From Lingula anatina (taxonomy: Eukaryota > Animalia > Brachiopoda): 64,000 nt of DNA. The notes under the pieces are model-generated. The model saw only the letters and a list, made by a program, of their open reading frames with translations, searched no databases and was not told where the DNA came from. Below, in pieces: positions 1 to 17,456 of this stretch; position 1 is the first letter of the stretch, and each line of letters opens with the position of its first letter. The DNA is taken from assembly GCA_051362555.1 (NCBI GenBank), contig CM120644.1, positions 22,466,534 through 22,530,533 of the forward strand. The letters are read 5' to 3'. The position numbers and the translations under genes are program-made.

Positions 1-1742
1 CCTAATTACCGATTTTCATTAAACAGAGGAATTGTTTTTCTTTATCAACGATAAAATTTCGTCTAAGACGTCCAAGAAAAATCCTGGCAGGGTTTTGGCG
101 TACTAAATGGTGTCGTTAAATAGGCGTTGGAACGGTGATCGTGGGTGCTCAGGTTAAATAGATATTTGAGAAACCGATTTTTACAGTTTTAACTCCAAAT
201 CGCAATTATGACGTAACCCGTAAGATGACCTATGTATAAATGTTAATTAATTTAGTCACTGAACACTGAAGATTTATGTATTACCCAAAAGAATGAACGA
301 TCAGATGTAAATAAGGAGGTTTGGGCGAAGGGTGACAATATCCTTAAAGCAGAATTGTATTTTAAAAAAAACTTGTACTGAAATAGTGATGTAGAAAACT
401 TGCTGACAAGTGTACTACAGTCAATGAAAACGCATCATTTATTTATCAAATAATATTTTAAGTTCCTTTGGAACATTAAGAAAATAACAGTTTTCGTGTT
501 AAATATGTGAAATATGAAATAGTGGTCAGCCCACTCTCTTATGACCAAACAAGTGCATTTGTTCTCGTTAATATGGTTGGAATCAATTCCCGGTAAAAAA
601 AGTACAAGAAAGTTTTCTGATGCATTTTCATTGACTGTCAGTATCCTTTGGTCATTCTCAGACGGCAAATGAAAACTCATGATTTAGGTTTGATTATTTT
701 GATCTTGTGATGTATTTTTATGTTTTATACCTGTTATCTGATTTGATGAGTAGCTTGCAAGGTGTCCATGTAGTTTTTCTAAACTCTTTTCATTGTAGTT
801 ATATACTTTGGAATACTTAACTGAAGGCTAAATTGTACTGGGAAGCAATATTGGGTCCTAGTGTTGGACGCAGCTGCCACGTTTGATATCATAAATCGAA
901 AACATGCACGAAACACTCCAGCCGAATATGAAACTAGGGTACAGATGTTCGGAAAATTGCTCTTAATAGCATTTTGATAAAATTGTTTTCATATGAAATG
1001 GTTGGTAGGTCTTCAAAACTTCGAAAGTCATCAATAAAAATTGATGTCACTGAAATAAATATCAATCATAAATGAATACTCCTTTTTTTATATACTTTAT
1101 TTCTCTTATATCATATTATTTACATATTTACAAAAACCCTGACGCATATTGTCCAATAATAAGTAGAGTTAAATCTAGTTTTGCTCCCCTCCTATTCGCC
1201 ATGTAGAAATGGTTATGCTCCTAAATTTTTCAACAGAATGCCTTTGCAGGAAGCTGAGACAAGCTTATGTAAAAAAGAACCCCCGTTAGAATACTCGGTT
1301 TTTGAAGATTATTTTAAGCAGAATTTCGTGATTCTGCTGATCATGCGTAGTCAACCCCGTCTGAGTGTCATCAAAAATTATTAATTTCTTAATCTAATCC
1401 TTGCATTACCCTCATAATAGATCAATTGACATCAAAGATTTTTCGCTATCAAGTCATTAGCCTAGAGCTATTTGTGGAAATGGAACATCGTATTATATCA
1501 GCTTTAATTTTATACGTTTACTGTGTAATTACAGTAATCGTGGCGGAAATGCCAGGGACGGGTAATCCCGTCGAGGTCAATGCCTTGGTGTTTAAAATCC
1601 AGCACAACCTTTCCAGAAACTGGGCCAGCTAACACCATTTCCAAGCATATTCCCGGAACTAGACGGTTCTGATGAAATGACACACACGCTGTGTTCCTTG
1701 AATCATGGAACATTGCATGGACATTGGAGCCGCTGTAACTAA

Positions 1743-1956
1743 GACCCAATTCCCAGAGATTAGATCGATCCAACTAGATTGACCTAACTCCCTGGGGGTT
1801 CCCGCTAAATAGCTATCAGCCGAGCGCGCACGAAAGTTAATTACCCCCTTACAGCTTGTAGTAGGCGGGACGGACATTTAAGCCGGATTACCTGACAGTA
1901 ATCTAGTGAGACTCCCCAAGGGGATAGATCGATCTAAAATCTATGAGAATGCGCCC
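1743..1956. mobile_element. PIF/Harbinger-type MITE, family 1 (copy 1)
   Basis: ~214 bp with short imperfect TIRs and a TAA target duplication. The interior (gacctaactccctggggg...gtgagactcccc...gatagatcgatctaaa) recurs at 25016, 26576 and 45534. Confidence 0.8.
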
Positions 1957-2440
1957 TAAGATCATTAAGTCAGAAAGTACATGTACACTGCAGGCCCGAC
2001 GCCACACTTCAACCGTTATAGTTAACCCTTTGCCGGAAGCATCCACACACGGACTAGAACCGGTTCAGGTCTATATGTCGTAGCCAGACGACAGGTGATT
2101 AAATTTATACCTGACATGGATGCCTTTCTATAATAGATATTTGAATTGATCCAGCAGAGAAAGATATTCAGCGAGATCTAGCCAGAATGAATCTATGTGT
2201 AAATGCGCCGTTAAACTCAAGTAAACGTTCTAAAATACTATAGGAATTTATGCATAAATATCGTATTGATATCTAACTTGCGTTAAACAACCTTGCCTTC
2301 TTCGTTTACAGAGAAGAGGCAAACTGAATTAAATAGGGCCCAAAGTACACGTACAATACGTTTTTTTATTTAATTTTTTTTCGGCAAATTAAAAAAAAAT
2401 GTCCACGATATTATAAAGACACCATAATAAGAACCAATCT

Positions 2441-5272
<2,832 letters not shown>

Positions 5273-5651
5273 AGCTGTGGAAAAAAATAGAAAAGTTTAT
5301 ATGGTGATTTAAACAGCATGGTTGAATTTTCTTGAATTTTCAAATTGTTTCTTTATACCAAGGCAAACCGTTGTCAAAATTGTTCACTGAATCATGACAA
5401 ATATGCCCGATTTTTAGTTTCAGTCTTTGAGCTGCATTAAACATGGGGAATTTTAATACAACTGAGTAAAATTAGAAATTTTAGGTTTTAGGTAGGGTGC
5501 ATATTGATGATAGGAAAATCACTAAAATGTCCAATAATTTTTCTTCAATTGATGACTGTCACAATCGCATTTACGCACATTTGCTCACGCACAAATACAC
5601 ACATTGCATGTGCTTAAAAAGAAATGACCAGCAAACTAAACAAAAACTTAC

Positions 5652-5745
5652 TTGAAGTCCGTGATCACTTCGGCTGCACACAAGTACTCTCCAGTGCTCC
5701 CCAGCCCAATCCTAGCTCCAGATCTCTGTGTCCGGGCTATATATA
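5652..5745 (-). promoter_or_regulatory. Putative TATA box and non-coding first exon of the BRICHOS gene
   Basis: TATATATA at ~5738-5745, GTAAGT donor at ~5651 on the minus strand, and a CAG acceptor at 5277-5275 just upstream of the ATG. Confidence 0.55.
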
Positions 5746-6415
5746 CCATCCACCCAGACAATAAAGAACCCCTGCTTACTAATTCCATGTTTTTACTTCC
5801 CAGATAATCATACACTAAACACGGAAATGAACTATACTGGCCCTGTTAGGCCAAGCAGCGGCTGTCGCATCATCGGGCATCTAAATCTATGAGTAATAGT
5901 TTGGAAAAACTGAGGACAGGAAAGGGGGGCACGATACGCGATGAGGGCCGTAAAAGAATGCGTTATAAAATCTATCAAGAAATAAAGTCTATAATAGATC
6001 TAAGGTACATCAAACTGTTTTTGATAAGGTAATTTATATGAAAAGGCTAAACGTGAGCTTTTCCGGTCTTCCTGGTAAAAACACACGCAGTCTCATACAG
6101 ACTATGCACTTTTACTACTTTAACTGTAGGGACAAGGAGGAATCTAGTGCATATTACTGAAGTTCATAATATCGTAACATTTCTGTATAAAATGCAAATA
6201 ACACGGACTGAAGAGCTCTGGATAATTATGCTTTACTTTATAATAAATGTCAAATCATCTTATAAGGGTTTTCATGTGCATGGTACGATAAAAGGAAGTG
6301 AAAGTGGTATGGTAGCTGAAGAATTTAAAATATTTAAAGGTATTATTCAAATCAAATTTCATATGAGATATATACGAAAAATATATATCATTGTTTTTGG
6401 GTGTAGCAGGATGCC

Positions 6416-6442
6416 TGTGTTTGTGTACGTGTGTGTGTGTGT

Positions 6443-6482
<40 letters not shown>

Positions 6483-6670
6483 TTGTTTATGTACAGTATA
6501 CATGTACATGCGTTCAGAGTGTAGCTACATTCGACAGCGCTTGTATTTGTACGTGAGTGTATAAGATTACGTGTCCTATGTTCGTGTGCGTGTATGGGGG
6601 GGGGGGCTTGTGCCTGTGAGTGTGTGTGCGTGTATGTGTGTGTGCGCGCGTACACGTATTAGTGTGTGCG
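6416..6670. repeat. (GT)n / degenerate GT-rich microsatellite region
   Basis: Read directly. Confidence 0.9.
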
Positions 6671-9600
6671 GCACTGCGTGGCAGTGTTGTTTGTATGCAA
6701 GTTCCCTCACACAATTAATGTAAGTTGATAAACATTCAAACAAGGCCCATCCAGAGAGATATTCCATCCTGTAAATAAGACAGTTTAGACAATTGGTCTT
6801 GGATCAGCGTAACTGTTGATTGTAATTACGGTAGGACACGACCAGTTTTTCTCTAGACCAGAGCGTAACCAGCAACAATGACCATTTTCAACCCACTCCT
6901 CTGTACCCTCAAACCGAGTCCCGCGTGATTGGTCGAGATTGGACGTGATTGGACGCCATCGTGCCGTGTATGAGACCATCAACACAACACAACGCACTTA
7001 GTGGAGGAATATGTATTTCCCCGACAGTCATCGTGACACTAGGGTTAGAGAGGCGTGATGAATTTTCAATGGCGCCATTGTTGGTCTTCGCGTGCAAGGG
7101 CTCATTGAGGGAAACTGTTGGAATGGCAAGACGGAAGGCGGAAATAAATTAACGCGTGTACAATCATTTAAGTATTTAGAATTAAAGTTTTATTTAAAGG
7201 CATTGACATTTCCGAAGACGGTGGCTGAATTTGATGGTAGAAATCGTCTTTTTACTGGTCATTAAATATGACATTGTCGCAACTTTGATTTTTATAGTCC
7301 AAAATATTTGTGAAATAAATATATGGCATTAATACCGTGACAGGTCACCCCCACCACAAAATGGATATTTTATTGCTATATTTTCTCATTTTGAGGTTTT
7401 CAACATTTCTGTAGCATTTTTGTGCTATTTTTGATAAAGTAGCTCATTTTTTCATTTGCCCAATTATGGTGTAGGAATGCAGAAATTATTGGGTAAGATA
7501 ATGAAATATTCGAAACGCCCACTCTAGTAATTTATAAACAAATAAAACCCTACGATACATTTCTTGAATTTTAAATATTTCATTTATTCACCAAGTGCAT
7601 TGCGTTTCATCGATGTAGCAAGAACGTATATAGAATCACTACTCTGCAAAGGTCGTTTTCTTGGGACAGTCACACTGAAGTTGTCGGGGGGTTGGAGGGG
7701 CGGGGGCATTCATCTTGCTTCCACGGCCCTAAAACCAATGTACAACAAGTGCTGAATAGATACATGTAAATAGTGGTCAATGCTGCAATATAGGGGTCAG
7801 TTGCTCAACAGTATTCTCTCCTGATAATTGCTCCAATTTTTAAGACCAATAATTAGGTCGACATTATGATGAGATACCAGTACATCCACAATTGTCCGCG
7901 TAACTTAAGTCAGTAACTGTCTGAAAAATAAGCCGTATATTTCCTGTTATAAAACAGGGACAATATTTGTCTTATTTGAATTACATTTGATTTGTCTTAG
8001 CACAAAATTGTCCCTTAGTATGATCTGGAAATTTAGATTAGTTTTCGAACTGGTGTCACGTCGTAAGCCAGCCCCTGTAGATAACGCAATTGCAACAGAG
8101 AAGACAGGTCTAGATGGGGAGATGCCTGAATGTGTTGTGAAATTGCGAATTGCAATGACATCTGGAACACCTATCGCAATGATCTCAGACAACACGAAGA
8201 TCTATTATTAAACACACTCCTTCTGTTATCTGTCGAAAATAGAGAAAAAAAAACACTATGCTACATCCAACGTTGAAGTCACAATCAATTGACTGCATAG
8301 TCACGAGTATTCAAGGTAAGCTATTTGCATTGTAGTCGCTTGAATTTTAGAAATTTGTGGCAATACTCCTCTGAAATACCTATCAGATCACCCTAGTCAC
8401 TTTTCAAAAAAAAAAAAAAATAATAATAATAATAATAAAAAAATAATAATAATAATAATAAATTAGTTGAGTATTAACATTTTATTATCAAAGGCGTTAA
8501 AGCAAAAACGATCGCCATTCAGATATGGACATGTGATACACAGCAATTGCTTTGCTTATTTGACGGGTAAGACTTGCAGTAAGTGTAGGTCGATTAAATA
8601 AGGAAAGGGCAACTTTGATTTGAAATATCTATAATAAGAATTAGTTACCCATTTCAAATAAATTTTACAAGTTCAAAGTAAATGAGCAAATCATTGCTGT
8701 TTGCAAAACTGCTACAAAAGGATCTGGAATGACATCATGAATGTTTTAACATCAACCTAGAAATATTCGTGCTGGTCGTTAAATATTTCAAGACATAACC
8801 TTAATTTGTGAAATATACGGGATTTGTATGTGACATATTGAGCTGTATAGAAAGACATGTTGAGGGGCGTTTTGCTGTCTGGCTCTAGGTAGGTGTTTAT
8901 AGTAAGTGAAAATTATTTATTTTATTTTTATCGGAGGACCTAATCTCTGCCTTAGACAGTCCGAATGAGTTGTCATTAAAAAGCAGCTCACTATACAGAA
9001 CCAAATAATACACTAACATGATCTTGCTTATAGGATTCTATAAATAGGTGTATCTTCGAGTAGGTTGTACACAAGAGAAAGGCAACAAAGAAAAGGTAGA
9101 AAAATTTTTACATTAACAGTGTTTAGATCTATTGTCGTACTTGTTCGTGTTGTTCGTTCGTATTGTTGTACTGTAAATTCACAATATTTGTATTTGCTAA
9201 TTAGTGCACACCAGTGAATTTTCTCTTTGTATACAGAGACGACGCAGAAGTACATGTACATGAAAAGTATTTAAATTTTAAACATATTCTCACTGTATAA
9301 TATTGTAAGTGGGAGGCCTGGTCAGTCAATATTCAGCGCTGGCATATCCGTGAACTTGGGGGCAGGGTGGTTATCCATCTCTCCTGACTCCCTGTTCCTT
9401 TACATAATATTGCGTGGGACAATTGAAGCTATGCTTGAGGTCATGATGGTCAGTGTTGCCTGGTTTTGTATAAGTCGGCTTGTTTTACTATTTCGGAAGG
9501 GAGAAAGGAGAGAAAGAGACTACCTCCCAAGGTAAGGGGGGGGGGGGGGCGTGGTTCACTATGCCCTGCAGTCCCAACATTTGACATGGGAGTCTATCAT

Positions 9601-10445
9601 ATCATAATGTATAATCCTTGCTTTTGTTATATTTGTGAACGTGAACGAGTATTATTGTACAAGCTGTTGCTCTGGGGTATATATAACCCAGTGTTCAGTT
9701 AGAGTCGAGTTTTGTTGCCGATTAGCTTCAAGGGTTTACTACGTCTGGGTGCCGACATTACATATAGCCAGTGAGAGAGCAAGCGTTTTACGTTTATAAA
9801 TATTCCTACATTTTCTCTACCTTAAAATCAAACAATTCATCAATATTTAGTTTTCTTCTCGACAAAACTGCTTCATAGCTGTAGATTTTAAGCTGTTAAC
9901 AAGGTCCACAGTAAAGCGGACTGTGTCAGGCCCAGTATTGTGTTGTATTCTAAGGCAAAGTATGCATTGATCGGAAGCGCACATATGTAGGTAATGCACA
10001 ATACAGCACCATGTACATAATAGAAGCTGGGTGTATTATGTAACCAGATCAGATTTTGGTCCGGTCAACATACACGATGTTTTCTTCTAATATAGGCTTC
10101 TAGCTTACACAGTAGAATGATGGGAGGATAGCGGGCAAGTTGCATGTGACGACCACAGAGTTAGTAAGTGAAACTTCTGTTAGTGCATGTTGAACAACAT
10201 TGAAGAAAACGTCCTTGTGCACAAATGTATTCAAGCAACACCCTTTGATATGACGAAGGGAGATCTAGCGACGTGGGAGTTTGACTACCTGAGATATTGA
10301 TACAGAAGAGGACGGAGATAAGGCTCGAAAAGATGTACAAGGTAGCTGGCGACAGCTGTGTACGATCGAGGATATGGAGATATTTGTATATCGATCGTTG
10401 GCTAGAATGTACTGCACTTTGTAAAAATGAACGTAGTTCCTGTCG

Positions 10446-10502
10446 TGTGTGTGTGTGCGCACGTGTGTGAATGTGTATGGGTGCCTTGTATACTGTGTTT
10501 GA

Positions 10503-10538
<36 letters not shown>

Positions 10539-10677
10539 ATGTATAAATGTAAGGGCGTGCGTTCTTTTCTTAGTACGTATGGACGAGCGAGTAAGGTAGA
10601 GGTGCATGAAATATGACTGATATGCGTGTGTGTTATGATACACTGTTACTTGTACGTGCCTCTGTGTGCGTATATAG

Positions 10678-10732
<55 letters not shown>
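10446..10732. repeat. (GT)n and (GA)n microsatellites
   Basis: Read directly. Confidence 0.9.
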
Positions 10733-10737
<5 letters not shown>

Positions 10738-11544
10738 GTTTTTCATTTGTTATCAGCGACGAAGCCAGTCGGGTGGTAATTTTTTTCAAATATGTGATAC
10801 ATGTTGCTTTTGTTGTGTGTAAAGCAAGTCCTTTCTACTGGGGTGAGGGGGGGGGGGAGGGTGAATCTCGCAGTCTGCCCTCCAAAATTTGGTGGGATGT
10901 CATGACATCAGCTCGCGCTATCTCTCAAAACCGGCCTAATGTATTCCACTTATCCACCTTCACAGAAGGTAACAGTAGCCCTTGCTATCATTTCAGATAC
11001 ACACAACAGGACAGCACCAGAGAGAGAGGTATATAGGCTACCCTCGGCCGCATCCACGTGATGTCTCACCGCCCATAGACGTGAAATGGTCGACTTAATG
11101 TCAGATACATGATGTGGGAGACATTCAGTACAATTTGGACAAAACATTCACTGCTGTGACGATACACCAGCTCTAAAATCAATATCTATTTTAAAATAAA
11201 GAAAACAGCAACATCTTATGACCCTTCAGTCAGGAAGTACTAGGGTACATACACTGCTGAAGGGACGAAGAAACATCCCTTTCTTCTAGCCACTAGTAAT
11301 CAACAGACGTAAGATATTACAGGACTGATATAGGCCCATTGCATCGCATCAGCTGAGAAGTTAAAAAAGTGTCACACGGCGTGGTTATACAAGTGCAAGA
11401 GTTGGTACTTGGTTACATTATACGGAGACAAATGCATGTAATTCCATGAATTGTGCCTGAAAACGGTTGCGTGAACTCCCATGAAGGACCTACATCAAGT
11501 GTGTGATCTCGATACTTTAACAGTGTTGTAAATCAATCTGCAAT

Positions 11545-12195
11545 ATGCGGAGGGTGAGGTAAGTTGTTGATATTTATATAAAATGATTTTAATAAGTACT
11601 GGTAATAAAGAAAGTTTGACAAAGGGAGCGATATTTTCAGCTGTTAGTTCTTTCAAATTGGTGACTGGTAATTAAGAAAATTTCAGAGCGATTTTTAAAA
11701 GTTCACTTATAATATTGAGTAATATTAAAAATAACACGAAAGTCATGTAGCCTGTTTTGAAAGTTGGTATTAGAACGTGACACGGAATCAGTGTTGTTTT
11801 CCCACGCGGTCGCACAATACTTGGTCCCTAGCTACCTAAGACTAGACAGTCGAGTAAGTGACTCTGATGTTTGCCTTGGGTCATATTAGATGGTCGATTT
11901 TTTTATGTACAGACACAGTATATACATGTACATGTATTTGTACAAACAGCCGTGGCCTGCGTCTGTCGGCGTCGTTGTCGCTGTGCACTTTCCACCATAT
12001 ACATGATAGGTCAGGTGATCTTACTGCACCCCTATGCACTACATATCTACCTGTAGATGGGAAATACTAAAGGTGTGATTTTTTTCTCATTTCAGAAGAG
12101 ACCTGGGTATTGTGCTCTTGCTAGCATCGTGTGGGATATTTGTCATATATTACTACAGTTTTAATACCAATTTCAATGTCCCAGGTATATAATCG

Positions 12196-12234
<39 letters not shown>

Positions 12235-13596
12235 CGAGTCATATTGGGTATGTGGCATTTGGGAAATATTTGTAAAACATGGCGGATTTATACCTAAAAG
12301 GCACTGATTTCGGGCAGTTTTGATAAGAAGATTCGCATGGATGAGGGTTTTAATGAACGATATCATTAACTGCATTAACAAGATGGTGATCTAGAATTAA
12401 AAAATAATTTAATGCTCTTCCTTGCAGCAGTGATTTCAGATGAAAATGAAAAGAGTCGTACAGTCGAAGACAGTAATCGACCAACAAAAAATAAAACTAG
12501 AAGACGATCAAAATCACACCACGTGCTAAAAATTCTGGGACATCCGGTTGAACCCTACACACCTCTTACATTGCCAAAGAAACAAGGCACGGATACGTCC
12601 TGCAAAGGCGAGCCAGAACAGAATGCAAGTTTCGCCATAGTCGGCTACTACCATTCCGAGCCTCCTAACTGTAAGATAGCAGCGTGTCAACTGAACAGGG
12701 ACAGGGTACCGAGTAAAGTGTACGCAAAGCCAGTGAAACCCGTGCTAAGTTTAAACGATTCTGTCACAGTGGTCGTCAAAACGGCGCATCGGTTAAACCT
12801 TACCATGCGTCTAATTGACAGCATACACAAATTCTACCCTGGTTTGAAAATTTTGGTAGTTGATGACAGGCTGCCAAATCTCTTATCAGACAACGAGACT
12901 TCTCGACAGGATGAAGTGCGTTGGAGGAAATACGTCACAAGATCCGGGGACTTGATCTACTACTTCCGGATGCCGGGTGACATAGGAATCTCACGCGGTA
13001 GAAATGCTGGTCTTAGCCAAGTGCAGACAAAATATTTTCTTCTTCTGGACGACGATTTTATATTCTTGCCCGAAACAAACATCCAGAAAATGAAAGAGAT
13101 TCTAGATCGAAGCAATATAATGGTGGTAGGGGGGTTTATTAACGATAAATATGGCGTCCGCGAACCTGCAATAAACGGGATTTTCAGGGTGCACCAGATG
13201 GAAGGGCAGGACCATGGCATGCTGAACGAGTACCCATACACCGCATATGAACCCGTACGGTGCTTTCCCCAGTGTTATGTGGTCGACTTTGTATTCAACT
13301 TCTTCCTGGCACGTACTGAGGGCATACTCCAAGCCGGTGGCTGGGATAACCAGCTCATGGTGGGGGAGCACAGAGATTTCCTCCTAAGGCTGAGAAAATA
13401 CGGCTACAAAGTCGCCGTCTGTAATGACGTAACCGTGATGCATGATCCATATAATTTAGACCTACGCAATAACGCGGCGAAGTTAATAAGGGAAAAATAC
13501 AGGCCCATAGTGGTCAACAAATGGGGCCTCAGAGGCTGGAGGAGATGTGATTCCAAGATGGAGTATCTTACGTTTAAATGCAGGAAGGCGGGATGA
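11545..13596 (+). CDS. Golgi type II glycosyltransferase, beta-1,4-N-acetylgalactosaminyltransferase (B4GALNT1/2, GT12)-like, GT-A fold
   Basis: Exons 11545-11558 (MRRVR, GTAAGT donor), 12096-12184 (RDLGIVLLLASCGIFVIYYYSF, TM anchor) and 12428-13596, with consistent phases. Motifs VTVVVKT..R, ILVVDD, GISRGRN, VQTKYFLLLDDDF (DxD), CYVVDFVFNFFLART, WD..L..GEH.DF. Confidence 0.88.
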
Positions 13597-14446
13597 TTTA
13601 AAGTCCACGTGCTAACTCAATGGTTGCCAAATGCAGCGTGACACTGCTCCACGAGGTGGCGTAGCTGTATCACCAAAGATCATGGAAACCACATTCTTAT
13701 GAATGTCTTTTGAAATCGTTTCGTGATAACCAATAACGTGATACGTTTTTTTTTTTACTCAATAAATATTTTTCTGTGTGTGGTATACTGTTAGCCCCAT
13801 GAAATAAATAAAAGTGAGATCAATCCAAATGTCTGTTTATACTATAACCGTTTTTCCCTTATGCAGTCATGTCTTTTTTTATTTAATATGACTTAAAAGA
13901 AGCAGCGGTTATGCGTTAACGAGTTAAATCACGTGTCTGTCATTTTTACTGAAATAAACTGAATGATGCAACATGTCGAGTGCAATCAGACGTAATGTTA
14001 ACGATCGAACGTTGCTGCCATATTACATATGACCTTTGACCTCTCTGTCATCCTTCATTACAGCATTTCCCACTGTAACCCACTTGTACAACTTATTTGG
14101 ATGTGAGAATCCGAAGTAGAGAATCCGCAATCTTTTTGTATTGCTTTATTGAATCACATCTAGAATGTACCAGTACATGCAGAGGATGCCAAGCAACAAT
14201 AAGGCTCTTGTGATTATCCGTCATAAAGTCTGTAAGTACTAGCGTCAGGGTCGTCATGGTTTACTTCATCCTTTGCTTCTTTTTGTGTATCAATGGAAAA
14301 TTATCCAACACTAAGTTGCTTCTCCGTTTCCTTTCTTAAGAAATCTTTTTTATATTTGGAGGTAAGTCTTCGAACAAGTTCTAAACATTGAAAGGTATTG
14401 TAACTGTTTAATGCATTTAAATTTAGATTTTAACAAAATAATAAAT

Positions 14447-15152
14447 AAACTACAAAAGCACCCAGAGAGCTCAACCTCTGTCAAGACAAATAATTAAATA
14501 ATAATTAAACATCATAGCCAAAATCCAATAATCTTTTCCTTGGCTTGGCCCATTTGTGACCCATTCTGAACATTTCATCAAAATCTGTGCATAATTAATG
14601 GATGAGGAAATGAATCATCTCCAAAATCTTATCTTTTCTTCCTTTGTTCATACGTGACCTATATTTCATCAGATTGGCCCATTTGTGACATATGCTGAAA
14701 TTTTAATTAATTAATGAATTTATCAATAAATCATCACCAAAATCAAATCAATCATTCCTTGGGCCATTTGTGATCAATCGTGACATCAACATTTGTACAA
14801 AACTCATGAATAATTTAACTCACTAATTAATTTATCACTTAATTAATCAATGGATCATCACCAAAATCCTATCATTTCTTCCTTTGTCCATTTTTGACTT
14901 ATCATTAAAATTTCATGAAATTAGCCCATTTGTGACCCATCCCGAAAAGGTTCATTAAATATGTACATAATTAATTTCTAATATTACTAACTTCTTAAAT
15001 TATTACTCAGTTTATGGATCATCATCCATATCTAACAATTGCTTCCTTAGGCCACCAAAACTTGGATCAAAATCCCTTTACTTTTTGCATAATGCTCTCA
15101 CCAGACAAACAAACGGAAACGAAAACTTAACCTCCTCCATTGTCGGAGGTGA
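14447..15152. mobile_element. Helentron-associated non-autonomous (HINE/DINE-like) element with internal tandem array
   Basis: 5' end aaactacaaaagcacccagagagc matches 39814. Several diverged ~115-125 bp units (catcaccaaaatc...ggcccatttgtgac). Ends with aacctcc...ggaggt hairpin. Confidence 0.6.
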
Positions 15153-15485
15153 TAAAAAGATTAAAAAAAAAAATATTATGGGTGGGGTATATCTCAACAT
15201 GGGAGGCTACGTGATCCCTCAAGTGGCGCCCCCTTCAAAGGTGCTAGGACACGTGACCCAACCGGATAGCCCACTCAGTGTCTCATCGGAGTTTCAAGGC
15301 TATTGAGGCATACATATAGGTTTTTTGTTTCGCAGCGATCATATTACTGTAATACAGTATGTACACGGAACAGAGATTGGCGGCTTATGTGGTAGAGTAG
15401 CTAAGAAGCTATAATAGCAGGGTACGGCGTGTCAGCTGTGCCCGGGATCCGCCATCAAATCCAGCATTGTTTTCACTTGTCTCAG

Positions 15486-15552
15486 TCATCATCTCTCTCA
15501 TTATCATCATCACTATCATCATCATCATCATCATCGTCGTCGTCATCGTCAT
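15486..15552. repeat. (TCA/TCG)n trinucleotide repeat
   Basis: Read directly. Confidence 0.9.
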
Positions 15553-17392
15553 TCTCAGTCAAACTCCTTCTAGTCGTTGCTGTGATGGGGACTGTCGTGA
15601 CGCTAGACGCAGCTATGAAACACAAAAAGGGAGTTCAGTACAAACGCCGCGGTTAGTATCCGTGGCCCAAACCGGACCTTCTCTAGATACATAATCAGAC
15701 ATAAGTACTGAAGTAACGGATTGAGATAAAAGATATCTTAAATTACATTTTATACTTAAGAAATGAATCTACGTTAGACGTAAAATACGGAAAATTACCA
15801 TTAACTTTGAAGAAGCATCTGCGTTTGGAGAGCCTTCCATGGCCATGATTTTGGTATATATAGTTCCTTTTAGAACACAACGCCATTAGGGTAGTATACT
15901 TAAACATTTTCAACATTCATCACAGACCACGTGGAAGAGGTGACTTCAAAGATAACTACAAGCTTCAGAGTGAGGACACTCTTGCTCACAGTTCTCGTAT
16001 GGTGATTTGTTGCAGAAACGCAATGCTGTGAGAACAGAACAGCCATTTTGTGCTTTTTTTATTAACCCCATTGGACACCTGTCGCGTGAATCGAAATGTG
16101 CAATCTAGACCAATTCTGTTAAGCTTTTAGGACGAAAGGGACAATTTTCCACGAAACAGGATTGTTACCCTTGTTGAAGAAATACCGTGCTGCCTACAAG
16201 AAGTAATTGTAGTACGAGGTAGAGTCAGATTGTTAGACAAGGGGACTTTATGCACACATGTTGATGCTAATTTTGTGTAAAATTAATGAAAGTTGGAACT
16301 GCCCTTTTTAACATGAACATCTTTTATCTCTGTGAAAATCACTGTGGAACATCAGATTTGAGCGGACGCATGCTCTTAATTTGAATTAATGGTATAAAAT
16401 ACGGATATCGTTACGGGTGTTTTCTACTTTCTGTCCAGTGAGACGATTAAGATTTGGTGTCCGCAGTAAAATCACTATTTAAAATAGTTCACAGCTCTGA
16501 GGTGATTCTTTGTAAACAAAAACACGTGAAATTCATGGTGGGACAACCATTTTTTGACCAATTGTGTAGTTTTGAGTAGGATAACTACCACTAGTGCGTT
16601 TTATTATATGCTTTCAATTCGATTTCTTCCCATAAGAAACAGAGGTAACCTACAAGGTAGTCAAGATTAATTTGAATAAAATGCAGTATTAGGCCTTTTT
16701 TGCCTGTCTGAGTAATTTTTGGGTTATTATTATAATTATTATTATTATTTTTTTTGGGGGGGGGGTAGGTGTATTAAAAACTCGTAGCAGTAATTTGTAT
16801 GCGTTGCTATTGCTGGTTATGGTCAACATTTCAAATCTCACCCAATATAAATCAGTAGCGGTTCACACAACTAAAATTTCCTGCCTGTTTTATGAACAGA
16901 AATACATTGCCTTAGTCCCTTACCAACAAGTAGTTATACTCTATTTCAAACGAACATTTATGGGAATACGTTGAAATGTAGCAAGGTTTTCATTGTGAAA
17001 GATAAGATCAAGTTTCGGTTCAAAATTCTTTGTTGGGACAAGCACACGACAGTAATGTTTTCTAAACAAAAACTCACACGAATGAAGCGGATCCTCTTCT
17101 TTCGTGACCTGAAATGTTAATGGATCATTGTTAACCACATATTCAGCCACTTCATGTGAATGCCATGCTGCATGTGCATGTAGTGATGTCTCAAAGGCTT
17201 AACGTGCGCGTTTGATCTTCAAAAAAAAAAAAAAAAAAAAAAAAAGAAAATCGCCCTTTATTTCCAAGGTATACAATTTACATTGTACAAAACCATCGAT
17301 AAAAAGCAGTTTTGAGATCAAAACTCCCAAAATCAAGAGAGAAAATAGTTTAAGGCTCTTTTTACTTTACGAGAATGACTATCAAACTAGAA

Positions 17393-17396
<4 letters not shown>

Positions 17397-17454
<58 letters not shown>
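17397..17454. repeat. (TA)n microsatellite
   Basis: Read directly. Confidence 0.95.

Positions 17455-17456
<2 letters not shown>

Noticed and set aside
10190-10440. Possible old LINE 3' fragment
   Set aside because: Only vague similarity; too degraded to support by eye.
6147-10822. Short ORFs rich in HT/CV/RE dipeptides
   Set aside because: Translations of (CA)/(GT)/(GA) microsatellites with no splice or domain support.
12412-12427. ATG at 12412 as the start of the glycosyltransferase
   Set aside because: It lies in the polypyrimidine tract of an acceptor; upstream exons supply the start codon and TM anchor in the correct phase.
14500-15060. CRISPR-like repeat-spacer array
   Set aside because: The units are degenerate tandem repeats with homologous spacers, inside a HINE-like element in a eukaryotic context.
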